Source: an uncultured Ignavibacteriales bacterium (lineage in GTDB: Bacteria; Bacteroidota; Ignavibacteria; Ignavibacteriales; Ignavibacteriaceae). Taken from it: DNA of 64,000 nucleotides. The stretch covers positions 35,369-99,368 of the forward strand of contig CAVSWT010000032.1 in assembly GCA_963731745.1 (NCBI GenBank). The letters run 5' to 3'. Made by a program: the position numbers and the translations under genes. Shown in pieces: positions 29,163 through 38,855 of the stretch. The notes beneath the pieces were generated by a model. It saw nothing but the letters and a program-made list of their open reading frames with translations, had not been told where the DNA came from and did not search any database. Every line of letters starts with the position of its first letter. Positions within the stretch are counted from its first letter, which is position 1.

Positions 29163-30140
29163 TCATTTAATAACAAATTTTAATAAAAATTCAGCAATTA
29201 ATTTATGACCATAATTCGAAAAGTGAATTCCGTCCGAATAAAGATATAATAATTTAGAATCGATATTTTTGTTAAAATATTTGTTTGACAAATTATATGC
29301 TTTAATTCGTTCTGAAGTTAATTTATTTACAATTAACTGTTGAGGATTTTGTGAATTTGTTTTTCTTCGCAGCTGATACTCATATGGCAAAGCTGTAAAA
29401 ATAAAATCGACACCGGATTTTTCACATAATGAATTAATTTCTGTAATAGATTTAATAGCTTTTACAAATACAGTATTAGTCGTATTATAGAATTGTTTGT
29501 CGTATTCAAAATAAGCTTTTGGCCTATCAGAAAAGATATTTTTAATAAAAATAAAAAGTCTGCTATTAAGCCTTATAGTTCTTAAAAAATCACCAAAAAA
29601 TTTTCGAAATTCACCTCCTGGCATTTTCTTGTTTATTTCAGAATCATAAAGGTCATTCAAACAATAAAATATGAATACCTTTTTTATCCTAAATTTGCTC
29701 GCTTTATTCGCCAAAAAATATTTCACGACATTTTCATAATCATAAACCGACCAGCCTATTGTTGAAGGATTTAGAATATTTATTTCAGGAAGTTTTTTGT
29801 TTATAATTGCAGCAAATGTTGAGTCATTTTCTACGCCTATTCCCATCGTTACAGAATCCCCTAAAAATAACCAGCTATCTTTAGATGTATCCACTTCGAT
29901 GCTGGATTTTCGAAATCCATTTTTATCAACATTTACTATTTTTCCATTTGAAATTCCCACTGCGCCCGGAGATAAACCAAATGAACTATAATATTCATTA
30001 TCTTTAATTAAATCTTCTGAAGTTCCTTGCGGCTGTATTTTATCATCAAATAACCTTATTAATCCCTCTGAGATTAACAGCAGAAATAGAACTACAAGTA
30101 TATTATATAAGATAATGAACGAAATTTTTTTGAATTTCAT
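29163..30140 (-). CDS. SGNH/GDSL-family hydrolase or acyl-esterase, membrane anchored
   Basis: N-terminal TM helix. Block I LFLGDSVTMG and block V DGIHFSNYGH. The ATG at 30140 is preferred over the TTG at 30197. Confidence 0.65.
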   Translation of the reverse strand: MKFKKISFIILYNILVVLFLLLISEGLIRLFDDKIQPQGTSEDLIKDNEYYSSFGLSPGAVGISNGKIVNVDKNGFRKSSIEVDTSKDSWLFLGDSVTMGIGVENDSTFAAIINKKLPEINILNPSTIGWSVYDYENVVKYFLANKASKFRIKKVFIFYCLNDLYDSEINKKMPGGEFRKFFGDFLRTIRLNSRLFIFIKNIFSDRPKAYFEYDKQFYNTTNTVFVKAIKSITEINSLCEKSGVDFIFTALPYEYQLRRKTNSQNPQQLIVNKLTSERIKAYNLSNKYFNKNIDSKLLYLYSDGIHFSNYGHKLIAEFLLKFVIK

Positions 30141-30290
30141 AATGATTTTAAAATTAAATTCTTGTAAAAATAGAAAAAAAATATCATCATTTAGCAATCT
30201 TGACTTTTTTGTATAGATTGTTTACGTTTGAAAAGAGAAAATAAATCAATATTTGTAAGAATTCTCAAATAATGTTTGTTAGGAGAATTA

Positions 30291-31739
30291 ATGAGTACAA
30301 CTGAAACTTCCACCATTGAACAATTAGCGAATAAAGAATATAAGTATGGTTTTGTAACTGAAATTGAAGCAGATAGTTTTGCTAAAGGTTTAAGTGAAAA
30401 TATAATCCGTCAGCTTTCGGCAATAAAAAACGAGCCGGAATGGATGCTTGAGTGGAGATTAAAATCATATAAACACTGGCTGACGATGAAAGAACCGCAT
30501 TGGCCGAATGTAAAGTATAATAAAATAAATTATCAAGATATCTCCTACTACTCCGCTCCTAAAAAGAAACCGAAATTAAACAGTCTTGATGAAGTTGATC
30601 CTGAAATGCTGGAGACATTTAAAAAGTTAGGAATATCATTAGACGAACAAAAAAGATTAAGCAATGTAGCTGTTGATGCTGTATTTGATTCAGTTTCTGT
30701 TGCAACTACGTTCAAAGAAACACTTGCTAAAGAAGGAATAATTTTTTGTTCAATTTCGGAAGCAATCAAAAATCATCCGGAATTGGTAAAACAATATTTG
30801 GGAAGTGTGGTTCCCTATACAGATAACTTTTTTGCAACATTAAATTCTGCGGTATTCAGTGATGGTTCTTTCGTTTATATTCCTAAAGGAGTTCGCTGCC
30901 CGATGGAGCTTTCCACTTACTTTAGAATTAACGCTGCTAATACAGGACAGTTTGAAAGAACATTAATTATTGCTGATGAAGGAGCTTATGTAAGTTATCT
31001 TGAAGGCTGCACAGCTCCAATGAGAGACGAGAATCAGCTTCACGCTGCGGTAGTGGAATTGGTTGCGCTAGATAATGCACAAATTAAATATTCAACCGTT
31101 CAAAATTGGTATGCAGGTGATAAAGAAGGCAAAGGCGGAATTTATAATTTTGTAACCAAACGTGGAGCTTGTCGCGGAATAAACTCAAAAATTTCATGGA
31201 CTCAAGTTGAAACTGGATCCGCTATTACCTGGAAATATCCAAGCTGTATTCTTCAAGGTGATAATTCAATCGGTGAATTTTATTCTGTTGCGATGACAAA
31301 TAATTATCAGCAGGCGGATACTGGTACAAAAATGATTCATATTGGAAAAAACACTAAGAGCACAATTATCTCTAAAGGAATATCAGCCGGTAAAAGTCAA
31401 AATAGTTATCGCGGCCTAGTTAGAATTATTAAGCGCGCAGATAATGCTAGGAATTTTTCACAGTGTGATTCTTTATTAATCGGAGATAGATGCGGTGCAC
31501 ATACTTTCCCCTATTTAGAAATTAATAATCCTTCTGCGCAGATAGAGCATGAAGCAACAACTTCAAAAATTGGTGAAGATCAAATTTTCTATTTAAATCA
31601 GCGCGGCATTTCTACTGAAGACGCGATAGGATTAATTGTCAACGGTTACTGTAAAGAAGTTTTTAAAGAACTGCCGATGGAGTTTGCTGTTGAAGCTCAA
31701 AAACTGTTAAGCATAAGTCTTGAAGGCAGTGTTGGATAG
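30291..31739 (+). CDS. sufB: Fe-S cluster assembly protein SufB
   Basis: AGGAGA RBS. Conserved SufB blocks [22 protein letters not shown] and [16 protein letters not shown]. Confidence 0.95.
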   Translation: MSTTETSTIEQLANKEYKYGFVTEIEADSFAKGLSENIIRQLSAIKNEPEWMLEWRLKSYKHWLTMKEPHWPNVKYNKINYQDISYYSAPKKKPKLNSLDEVDPEMLETFKKLGISLDEQKRLSNVAVDAVFDSVSVATTFKETLAKEGIIFCSISEAIKNHPELVKQYLGSVVPYTDNFFATLNSAVFSDGSFVYIPKGVRCPMELSTYFRINAANTGQFERTLIIADEGAYVSYLEGCTAPMRDENQLHAAVVELVALDNAQIKYSTVQNWYAGDKEGKGGIYNFVTKRGACRGINSKISWTQVETGSAITWKYPSCILQGDNSIGEFYSVAMTNNYQQADTGTKMIHIGKNTKSTIISKGISAGKSQNSYRGLVRIIKRADNARNFSQCDSLLIGDRCGAHTFPYLEINNPSAQIEHEATTSKIGEDQIFYLNQRGISTEDAIGLIVNGYCKEVFKELPMEFAVEAQKLLSISLEGSVG

Positions 31740-31840
31740 TTATGTTTTGTCGTTCCAAATTTTAATTGAAAACTATTTAATTCATAAGATGCTGAATCAA
31801 GTTCAGCATGACGGAATAAGAAAATAATTTAAGGAATAAA

Positions 31841-32611
31841 ATGTTAGAAGTTAAAAATCTATTCGTAAAAATTGAGGGAAAAGAAATATTAAAAGGTATT
31901 AATCTAAAAATAAATGCCGGCGAAGTTCATGCAATTATGGGACCGAATGGTTCAGGTAAAAGCACTTTAGCTTCCGTGCTTGCGGGAAAAGAAGAATATG
32001 AAGTAACCAAAGGTGAAGTAATATTTAACGGCAAAAATTTATTCGATCTTTCTACCGAAGATAGAGCAAGAGAAGGTATATTTTTAGCTTTTCAATATCC
32101 TGTTGAGATTCCTGGAGTGAGCAATACAAATCTTTTAAAAACAGCTCTAAATGAAATAAGAAAGTACAGAGGTGAAGAAGAATTAGATACAATGGATTTT
32201 CTTACCTTAATAAAAGATAGAATGAAATTAGTTGAATTAGACCAATCTCTGCTTAGCCGTTCTGTTAACGAAGGATTTTCCGGCGGTGAGAAAAAAAGAA
32301 ATGAAATTTTTCAGATGGCAGTGTTAGAGCCGAAGCTTTCAATTCTTGATGAAACAGATTCGGGACTTGATATTGACGCATTGAGAATTGTTGCAAACGG
32401 TGTGAATAAATTGAAGACAAAAGATACTGCAACTATAGTGGTTACGCATTATCAGCGATTGCTTAATTACATTGTGCCGGATTTTGTTCATGTGCTTTAT
32501 AATGGAAGAATAGTAAAATCAGGCGGCAAGGAATTAGCTTTTGAGCTTGAAGAAAAAGGTTATGATTGGATAAAAGAGGATAAGAACGAATTAGTTGAAT
32601 CTAATAATTAA
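31841..32611 (+). CDS. sufC: Fe-S cluster assembly ATPase SufC
   Basis: Walker A GPNGSGKST, ABC signature FSGGEKKRNEI, Walker B LSILDETDSGLD. Confidence 0.95.
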   Translation: MLEVKNLFVKIEGKEILKGINLKINAGEVHAIMGPNGSGKSTLASVLAGKEEYEVTKGEVIFNGKNLFDLSTEDRAREGIFLAFQYPVEIPGVSNTNLLKTALNEIRKYRGEEELDTMDFLTLIKDRMKLVELDQSLLSRSVNEGFSGGEKKRNEIFQMAVLEPKLSILDETDSGLDIDALRIVANGVNKLKTKDTATIVVTHYQRLLNYIVPDFVHVLYNGRIVKSGGKELAFELEEKGYDWIKEDKNELVESNN

Positions 32612-32716
32612 TGTTAAGATAAGTGTTGTACATAAACTCAATTTCTTAAAGAAATAGGTTTATAAAAAACTACTAATTTTTGTTAACAAAAAAGATTTTG
32701 GAGCTAAAATAAGAAG

Positions 32717-34033
32717 ATGAGTAATGCAGTAGAATTTAAAAATTGGTTTTTAAAAAACTTTGAGGCTTTTGAAAACAGTCTTAATGGCGAAAGTAAAAAA
32801 CCAATTCACAAAATTAGAAAAGAAGCTATCAGTGAGTTTAGTGAATTAAACTTCCCCACTCTTAAAGATGAAGAATGGAAGTACACAAATATTTCTCCTT
32901 TACTAAATCATAATTTTGTTCCTTCAAAAGGCGAAGCAAAATTATCGCAAAAAGATATCAGCAAATTTTTATTCGATAACATAAAAGACAATCATTTAGT
33001 ATTTGTGAATGGTTTTTATTCAGAAGAATTATCAAATCTTGATAAAATTACAAAAGGAGTGGTAGTTAAAAATTTATCTTCCGCAATGGAAGAGAATTCA
33101 GAAATTGTTCAAAAACATTTTGGTAAATACGCTGTTTCTAAAGGACAAATTTTTACATCTCTTAGTACGGCATTTACAAATGACGGTGCTTTTATTTATG
33201 TACCCGATGGTAAAATTGTTGAAGAACCAATTCACATAATGTTTATTACTGATTCAACGAATAAAAAAGTATTATCACAACCGCGTAATTTATTTATTGC
33301 TGGCAGGAATTCTCAAGTAACAATTATTGAACATTATTTTTCATTAGATGATTCAATTTATTTTACAAATTCTGTCACTGAATTTGTTGCAGATGAAAAT
33401 GCAATTATTGATCACATAAAACTGCAGGAAGAAAGTAAAAACGCATTTCATATTGCAAGAATGGAAGTGGGTCAAGAACGTTCAAGTAATTTTACTTCAC
33501 ATTCAATATCACTCGGAGCTTCAATCGCTCGAAATGATTTTAATTCTAAGTTTAATGATGTTGGCGGCGAGTGTATGATGAACGGTTTATTCTTAACCGA
33601 AGACTCCCAGCTTTTTGATACGCATACTTTAATTGATCATGCAAAACCTCATTGCAATAGTCACGAACATTATAAAGGTATTTTAGATGATAAATCTCGC
33701 GGAGTTTTTAACGGGAAAGTAATTGTAAGGCAGGATGCACAAAAGACAAATGCTTTTCAGGAAAATAATAATATAATTTTATCAAACGAGGCGCTTGTAA
33801 ATACCAAGCCCCAATTAGAAATTTTTGCCGACGATGTTAAATGTTCGCATGGCGCAACCATTGGTCAAATTGATGAAGAAGCAATGTTCTATTTGAATAC
33901 ACGAGGAATTGGAAAAGATGCGGCCAAAGCAATGTTAATTCATGCATTTGCAAGTGATGTTTTAACTTCAATAAAAGTTAAAGAAGTTCGCGAATATCTT
34001 GAGGTAATATTAAATAAAAAATTTGATAGCTAA
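32717..34033 (+). CDS. sufD: Fe-S cluster assembly protein SufD
   Basis: 438 aa. SufB/D beta-helix C-terminus KPQLEIFADDVKCSHGATIGQIDEEAMFYL. Position between sufC and sufS. Confidence 0.9.
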   Translation: MSNAVEFKNWFLKNFEAFENSLNGESKKPIHKIRKEAISEFSELNFPTLKDEEWKYTNISPLLNHNFVPSKGEAKLSQKDISKFLFDNIKDNHLVFVNGFYSEELSNLDKITKGVVVKNLSSAMEENSEIVQKHFGKYAVSKGQIFTSLSTAFTNDGAFIYVPDGKIVEEPIHIMFITDSTNKKVLSQPRNLFIAGRNSQVTIIEHYFSLDDSIYFTNSVTEFVADENAIIDHIKLQEESKNAFHIARMEVGQERSSNFTSHSISLGASIARNDFNSKFNDVGGECMMNGLFLTEDSQLFDTHTLIDHAKPHCNSHEHYKGILDDKSRGVFNGKVIVRQDAQKTNAFQENNNIILSNEALVNTKPQLEIFADDVKCSHGATIGQIDEEAMFYLNTRGIGKDAAKAMLIHAFASDVLTSIKVKEVREYLEVILNKKFDS

Positions 34034-34154
34034 TTCATTAAATGGTAATTATTGTCAGTCTGAATTTGTCTACGACTGATGATTTATAATCAAGTCACGT
34101 TTTGACAAACTTAATGTGACGACATCATTCTTAAATTATAAATATTTTTAAAAA

Positions 34155-35405
34155 ATGAGTATAGAAACTTCTTCAATAAATAGAATTGCTTTTGATGTAG
34201 AAAGAATCAGAAATGATTTTCCGATTTTGAAACAAAAAGTTCACAGTAAGCCATTGGTTTATTTTGACAATGCCGCAACTACTCAAAAACCACAGGCGGT
34301 TATTGATTCACTGACGAATTATTATTCAACAATAAATTCAAATATACATAGAGGAGTTCATGCTTTAAGTGAAGCGGCTACTGAGGCATTTGAAAATTCA
34401 AGAATCAAAATTCAAAGGTATATAAATGCTAAAAGCGAAAAAGAAATAATTTTTACTCGTGGTACAACTGAAGGAATAAATTTAGTTGCAAATTCTTTTG
34501 GTAAAAGTCATTTGAATGAAGGTGACGAAATTATTATTTCCGCAATGGAACATCATTCAAATATAGTCCCCTGGCAATTGCTTGCATCAGAGAAAAAATT
34601 AAATTTAAAAATAATTCCCATTAATGATGATGGTGAAATAATATTTGAAGAATTTGAAAAATTAATTTCAAATAAAACAAAATTAATTTCAGTAGTATAT
34701 GTTTCAAATTCTTTAGGCACAATAAATCCAATTGAACGGATTATTCAAACTGCTCATGCAAATAATATCCCGGTTTTAATTGATGCTGCTCAAGCTGTCA
34801 GCCACTTCCCTATAGATGTTCAAAAATTAGATTGTGACTTCCTTGCTTTTTCAGGACACAAGCTTTATGGCCCAACAGGGATTGGAGTACTTTACGGCAA
34901 ACAAGATTTATTAGAATCGATGCCTCCATTTATGGGCGGCGGAGATATGATTTCAAAAGTAACTTTTGAAAAAACTACTTTCAACGAATTGCCTTATAAA
35001 TTTGAAGCCGGCACATCGAATATTGCAGATGCAATTGGATTAGGTGCGGCGATTGATTATGTACAGAATATCGGCTTGGAAAATATTTATCATCATGAGA
35101 AAGATATTCTCGATTACGCAACAAAAGAAATTTTAAATTTAGGCAAAGTTAAATTGATTGGAACTGCAAAAAATAAAAGCGGAGTTTTATCCTTTATTAT
35201 TGAGGACATTCATCCGCATGATGTGGGTACATTTGTCGATTTTGAAGGAATTGCAATTAGAACCGGACATCATTGCACACAGCCGGTAATGGATAGGTAT
35301 AATATTCCAGCCACTTCGCGTGCATCATTTGCAATATATAATACAAGAGAAGAAGTTGATCTTTTTATTAAAGCGTTAAAAAAAGTTTCAGAGGTTTTTA
35401 ATTAA
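34155..35405 (+). CDS. sufS: Cysteine desulfurase SufS (class V aminotransferase)
   Basis: YFDNAATTQKP, PLP lysine context FSGHKLYGPTG, active-site loop RTGHHCTQP. Confidence 0.9.
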   Translation: MSIETSSINRIAFDVERIRNDFPILKQKVHSKPLVYFDNAATTQKPQAVIDSLTNYYSTINSNIHRGVHALSEAATEAFENSRIKIQRYINAKSEKEIIFTRGTTEGINLVANSFGKSHLNEGDEIIISAMEHHSNIVPWQLLASEKKLNLKIIPINDDGEIIFEEFEKLISNKTKLISVVYVSNSLGTINPIERIIQTAHANNIPVLIDAAQAVSHFPIDVQKLDCDFLAFSGHKLYGPTGIGVLYGKQDLLESMPPFMGGGDMISKVTFEKTTFNELPYKFEAGTSNIADAIGLGAAIDYVQNIGLENIYHHEKDILDYATKEILNLGKVKLIGTAKNKSGVLSFIIEDIHPHDVGTFVDFEGIAIRTGHHCTQPVMDRYNIPATSRASFAIYNTREEVDLFIKALKKVSEVFN

Positions 35406-35860
35406 TGGATGCGGAATTAAGAGAGTTGTATCAGCAAGTAATTTTAGATCATAATAAAAGTCCAAGAAATTTTAGGAAGTTAGAAAACGCAAATCATTTT
35501 GCTGAGGGCTATAATCCGTTATGCGGAGATAAAATTGATATTTATTTGTTTGTCGAAGATGATAAAGTAAAGGATATTTCTTTTCAAGGAAATGGGTGCG
35601 CTATTTCAAAAGCATCCGCATCATTGATGAGTTCAATTGTAAAAGGCAAAACAGTTAGTGAAACAAAAGAGTTGTTTGAAAAATTTCATGATTTAATTAC
35701 AGGAAAAATAGATAACGATTCTGCATTTGATACTCTTGGAAAATTGTCTGTATTCGCCGGAGTAAAAGAATTTCCATCAAGAGTAAAATGCGCTTCGCTT
35801 GCTTGGCACACAATGAATGCAGCATTGAAAAATGAAGAACAAAATGTTACGACTGAATAA
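35405..35860 (+). CDS. sufU: SUF-system NifU-family scaffold / sulfur acceptor SufU
   Basis: NPLCGDKIDI, GNGCAISKASAS and VKCASLAW (Cys/Asp ligand set). Start overlaps the sufS stop. Confidence 0.85.
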   Translation: MDAELRELYQQVILDHNKSPRNFRKLENANHFAEGYNPLCGDKIDIYLFVEDDKVKDISFQGNGCAISKASASLMSSIVKGKTVSETKELFEKFHDLITGKIDNDSAFDTLGKLSVFAGVKEFPSRVKCASLAWHTMNAALKNEEQNVTTE

Positions 35861-35885
35861 ATTTTTAAAATGAATGAATATTTAA

Positions 35886-36227
35886 ATGGAAAATGAAACA
35901 AAAGTTATGGCTGAAATAAACAAACAAGCTTTAGAAGATAGAATTATTCAGGTTTTAAAATCCTGTTACGATCCTGAAATTCCTGTAGATATTTTTGAGC
36001 TTGGTTTAATTTATGAAATTAGAATAGACAACGAAGCAAATGTTATATTAAAAATGACTTTAACATCTCCTGCTTGTCCTGTTGCCGGTTCATTGCCTGG
36101 AGAAGTCGAAAGCAAAGTTGCTTCAATTCCGGAAGTGAATAGCTGCAAGATTGAATTAGTTTGGAATCCGCCGTGGGATAAAGATATGATGTCCGAAGTC
36201 GCAAAGGTGGAATTAGGATTTATGTGA
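35886..36227 (+). CDS. sufT: SufT / DUF59 (MIP18-family) Fe-S assembly protein
   Basis: DPEIPVDIFELGLIY ... MTLTSPACPVAG is the DUF59 signature. Confidence 0.8.
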   Translation: MENETKVMAEINKQALEDRIIQVLKSCYDPEIPVDIFELGLIYEIRIDNEANVILKMTLTSPACPVAGSLPGEVESKVASIPEVNSCKIELVWNPPWDKDMMSEVAKVELGFM

Positions 36228-36248
36228 AATTAAAGTCAAAAATCAAAT

Positions 36249-36305
36249 TTCAAAAGTCAAAATAAATTTAAAAACTTTTTTGAATTTTGACCTTTGACTT
36301 TTGAA
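36249..36305 (+). terminator. Imperfect hairpin built from AAAGTCAAA(A) repeats, possible attenuator or terminator after sufT
   Basis: TTCAAAAGTCAAAAT (36249-36263) pairs with ATTTTGAC(cttt)GACTTTTGAA (36284-36305). The stem is AT-rich, so function is uncertain. Confidence 0.3.
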
Positions 36306-36357
36306 TTCATTATAGAAGTAAAAAATTAATCGATTAATAAATATAAAAGGAGTACCC

Positions 36358-36891
36358 ATGTTCAACATACTTTCTCGTCAGCCTATGTATGATCAAGATG
36401 CTGTACAGCCAATGAGAGACGAATTGGTTGCAGTTGGATTTGAAGAATTGCTAACACCCGAAAAAGTTGACGAAGCATTACAGGTAAAAGATGATAAGAC
36501 TGCTTTGGTAATGATAAACTCAGTGTGCGGATGTGCTGCGGGAAGTGCACGTCCAGGAGTTTCACTTGCACTACAAAATAATATTATCCCTGACAAACTT
36601 TATACAGTTTTTGCGGGTCAGGAAAAAGATGCAGTTGATAGAGTTCGACAAATGGTTAAAGAATATCCGCCTTCATCACCAAGTGTAGCATTATTTAAAA
36701 ATGGAGTTTTGATTTATTTCATGCAAAGATTAGATATTGAAGGCTACAATGCTCAACATATTGCAAACGAATTGATAAATGTTTTTAATGAACATTGTTC
36801 TGCAAATGGCCCTTCAATTCCTGCTGAAGCATTTGCTGAAGTACAATACGCAAAACAGTGCGGATCAAAAATTCCGCTTTATAAAGCTTAA
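36358..36891 (+). CDS. Bacilliredoxin (BrxA/BrxB, YphP/YqiW DUF1094 family) with a ~30-aa C-terminal extension
   Basis: Colinear with my recollection of B. subtilis YphP: PMRDELVAVGFEEL, INSVCGCAAGSARP (CGC redox motif), VFAGQEKDA, PSSPSVALFKNG, IEG. Confidence 0.85.
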   Translation: MFNILSRQPMYDQDAVQPMRDELVAVGFEELLTPEKVDEALQVKDDKTALVMINSVCGCAAGSARPGVSLALQNNIIPDKLYTVFAGQEKDAVDRVRQMVKEYPPSSPSVALFKNGVLIYFMQRLDIEGYNAQHIANELINVFNEHCSANGPSIPAEAFAEVQYAKQCGSKIPLYKA

Positions 36892-36992
36892 TGGTTTAAA
36901 GAATAAGCGAATGATTGGATGAGTTAAACTTATTCAATCATTCATTTTCTAAAAATAAGATTAGATTTTTTGATTTAAAAAAGTTAAAAAAA

Positions 36993-37457
36993 ATGAAATT
37001 CAGTTCACAAGAAGAATTTGGCTTAAGATGCTTGTTAAGAATTGGTAATGCGCCTAACGGATTAACAATTCCTGAAATAAGTGAGATGGAAGGAATTTCA
37101 ACTGCTCTTGCAGGCAAGCTTTTAAGGTTACTTCGATTAGGCGGATTTATTGATAGTTCCAGGGGTCAAAGCGGCGGTTACAAATTATCACGTCCCGCAG
37201 ATGAAATAATTATTGGCGAAGTTCTCGAAGTATTAGGAGGAAAGTTATTTGAATCTGGTTTTTGTGATGATCACGCCGGCACTGAAATGATTTGCACTCA
37301 CACAGTTGACTGTTCAATAAGATCATTGTGGCGAACTGTTCAAAATTTATTAGACAGTGTTTTGAGTAAAACTACTCTCCAAAATTTACTTGGAAGTGAA
37401 AACGAAGTGAAAGTTTTAGTAAATACTTTAATATCAAATGAAGAATTATCAAATTAA
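36993..37457 (+). CDS. Rrf2-family (IscR/SufR-like) transcriptional regulator with a 3-Cys cluster
   Basis: MKFSSQEEFGLRCLLRI is a typical Rrf2 start, followed by a wHTH. Cys ligand spacing is C-x9-C-x5-C (CDDHAGTEMICTHTVDC). The ATG at 36993 is preferred over the track's TTG at 36915. Confidence 0.8.
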   Translation: MKFSSQEEFGLRCLLRIGNAPNGLTIPEISEMEGISTALAGKLLRLLRLGGFIDSSRGQSGGYKLSRPADEIIIGEVLEVLGGKLFESGFCDDHAGTEMICTHTVDCSIRSLWRTVQNLLDSVLSKTTLQNLLGSENEVKVLVNTLISNEELSN

Positions 37458-37460
37458 AAA

Positions 37461-37823
37461 TTATTTTTTCTTCTTACCGGTTTTGTCACTTTCATCTTCA
37501 GGTTTTAAATATCCCTCTTTTATTAAAGCCTCATTTGATTTGTAAACCGTAATTTTAACTTCGTTAGAAAAATTAAATCCCGTTGATTCAACTTTAACTC
37601 CGTCAATTACTTTTTCCAATTTTACTGAAGCATACATTTTATCATCAGCAACTAGATCCTCATCTAATTTAGATTTCCGATCTGAGATATTTGCTAATGC
37701 CCAATACACACCTTTCTTTGCATTTTGATATGCGGTATTTATATCATCTTCCATTTTTGATTGAGAAAATGATAAAGTTGAAAAGAAGGACAAATATATT
37801 ATTGAAATAATTATTAATCTCAT
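37461..37823 (-). CDS. Small secreted protein, hypothetical
   Basis: 120 aa with signal peptide MRLIIISIIYLSFFSTLSFSQ. I recognise no motif. Confidence 0.4.
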   Translation of the reverse strand: MRLIIISIIYLSFFSTLSFSQSKMEDDINTAYQNAKKGVYWALANISDRKSKLDEDLVADDKMYASVKLEKVIDGVKVESTGFNFSNEVKITVYKSNEALIKEGYLKPEDESDKTGKKKK

Positions 37824-37917
37824 ATTACAGCCTTTCCATTAATTAAATCTAACTGAAATTTAGTATCTTAAAAATAGTCAATTCAAATTCTTTCAAATAA
37901 CTTTTTAAAATAATCTA

Positions 37918-38855
37918 ATGAAAAAAATAAATATAATTTTTGTATTCGCTAATATTTTATTATTTGCAATTTCCGGCTTTCCTCAGCAAGCTTCTGAAAC
38001 GAATAAGAAGACGCAATTTATAAAAATTGCTGAAAACTTAAATTTTCCTGAAGGGCCTGCCTGGGATGGGAAAAACAATTTGTTTGTCTCAAGCTGTTAT
38101 GGAGGTTTTATATATGAAATATCCGGCGACTCATCGTTTAAGTTTATTGATTCAACACAAAAGCCGTTTAGATTGAAACAAACAAATGGGTTAACATTTG
38201 ATGAAGATGGTAATATATTCGCTTGTGACTATGGAATAGGAGCAATCTTAAAAATTTCGCCAACTGGTAAAACTGAAATTTATGCCAATGGCTACGAAGG
38301 TAAAAAATTTAATCGTCCAAATGATTTGGCATTTGACCCGAATGGAAACCTTTATTTTACAGATCCGAAATCATACGGAAAAGATAAACCAGATGGCGTG
38401 GTTTATATGATAAATATATAAAACAAAAAATGTAATTCCTGTTGCGGAAGAACTCTGTTTTCCAAATGGGATTGCATTTTCGTTGGATGCTAAAAATTTA
38501 TTTGTTTGTGAATCAGCTCAATAATAGAATTTTAAAATTTGCTGTTGACAAAAATGGAAGACTTTCGAATAAAAATGTTTTTATCGAATTACCCGGCGGC
38601 GATCCTGACGGTATTGCATTTGATGAAAATGGAAATTTGTATGCTGCTCACTTTGGCGGCGGACATATTTTTGTTATCTCTCCAAATGGACAAATAGTTG
38701 ATTCGATTCAAACTCCTGGTAAAAAACCAAGTAATGTAGAATTCGGCGGAAAAGATTTTAAGACTTTATTCATAACTGAAGATGAAACAAATTCTGTTTA
38801 CAAAGCGAATATTGAAATTCCTGGTGCAAAGTTATTTTATTCACCCGAAGACTAA
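37918..38855 (+). pseudogene. SMP-30/gluconolactonase/LRE-like beta-propeller gene interrupted by two +1 frameshifts
   Basis: Frame 1 (37918..38421) reads ...NFPEGPAWD...NRPNDLAFDPNGNLYFTD..GVVYMINI*. Frame 2 (about 38414..38524) reads YKTKNVIPVAEELCFPNGIAFSLDAKNLFVCESAQ*. Frame 3 continues to 38855 as NRILKFAVDKNG...PDGIAFDENGNLY...PSNVEFGGKDFKTLFIT. The shifts fall in ATATATAAAAC (about 38414-38419) and CAATAATAG (about 38519-38524). Confidence 0.7.

Noticed and set aside
31789-31809. The intergenic hairpin ATGCTGAA-tcaag-TTCAGCAT between sufB and sufC, and similar small inverted repeats between sufD and sufS, considered as riboswitches or attenuators.
   Set aside because: The stems are short (6-8 bp) with no T-run and no conserved riboswitch architecture. 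They are probably incidental or minor mRNA-stability elements.
36908-36943. The inverted repeat GAATGATTG-N18-CAATCATTC upstream of the Rrf2 gene, considered as an IscR-type operator.
   Set aside because: It does not resemble the IscR type 1 or type 2 site patterns I know. It is equally explained as a weak terminator after the bacilliredoxin gene, so it is left unassigned.
38442-38855. Treating 38442..38855 as an independent 137-aa gene.
   Set aside because: Its N-terminal 27 residues are frame-shifted nonsense. The true continuation of the SMP-30 propeller is readable in the other two frames immediately upstream.
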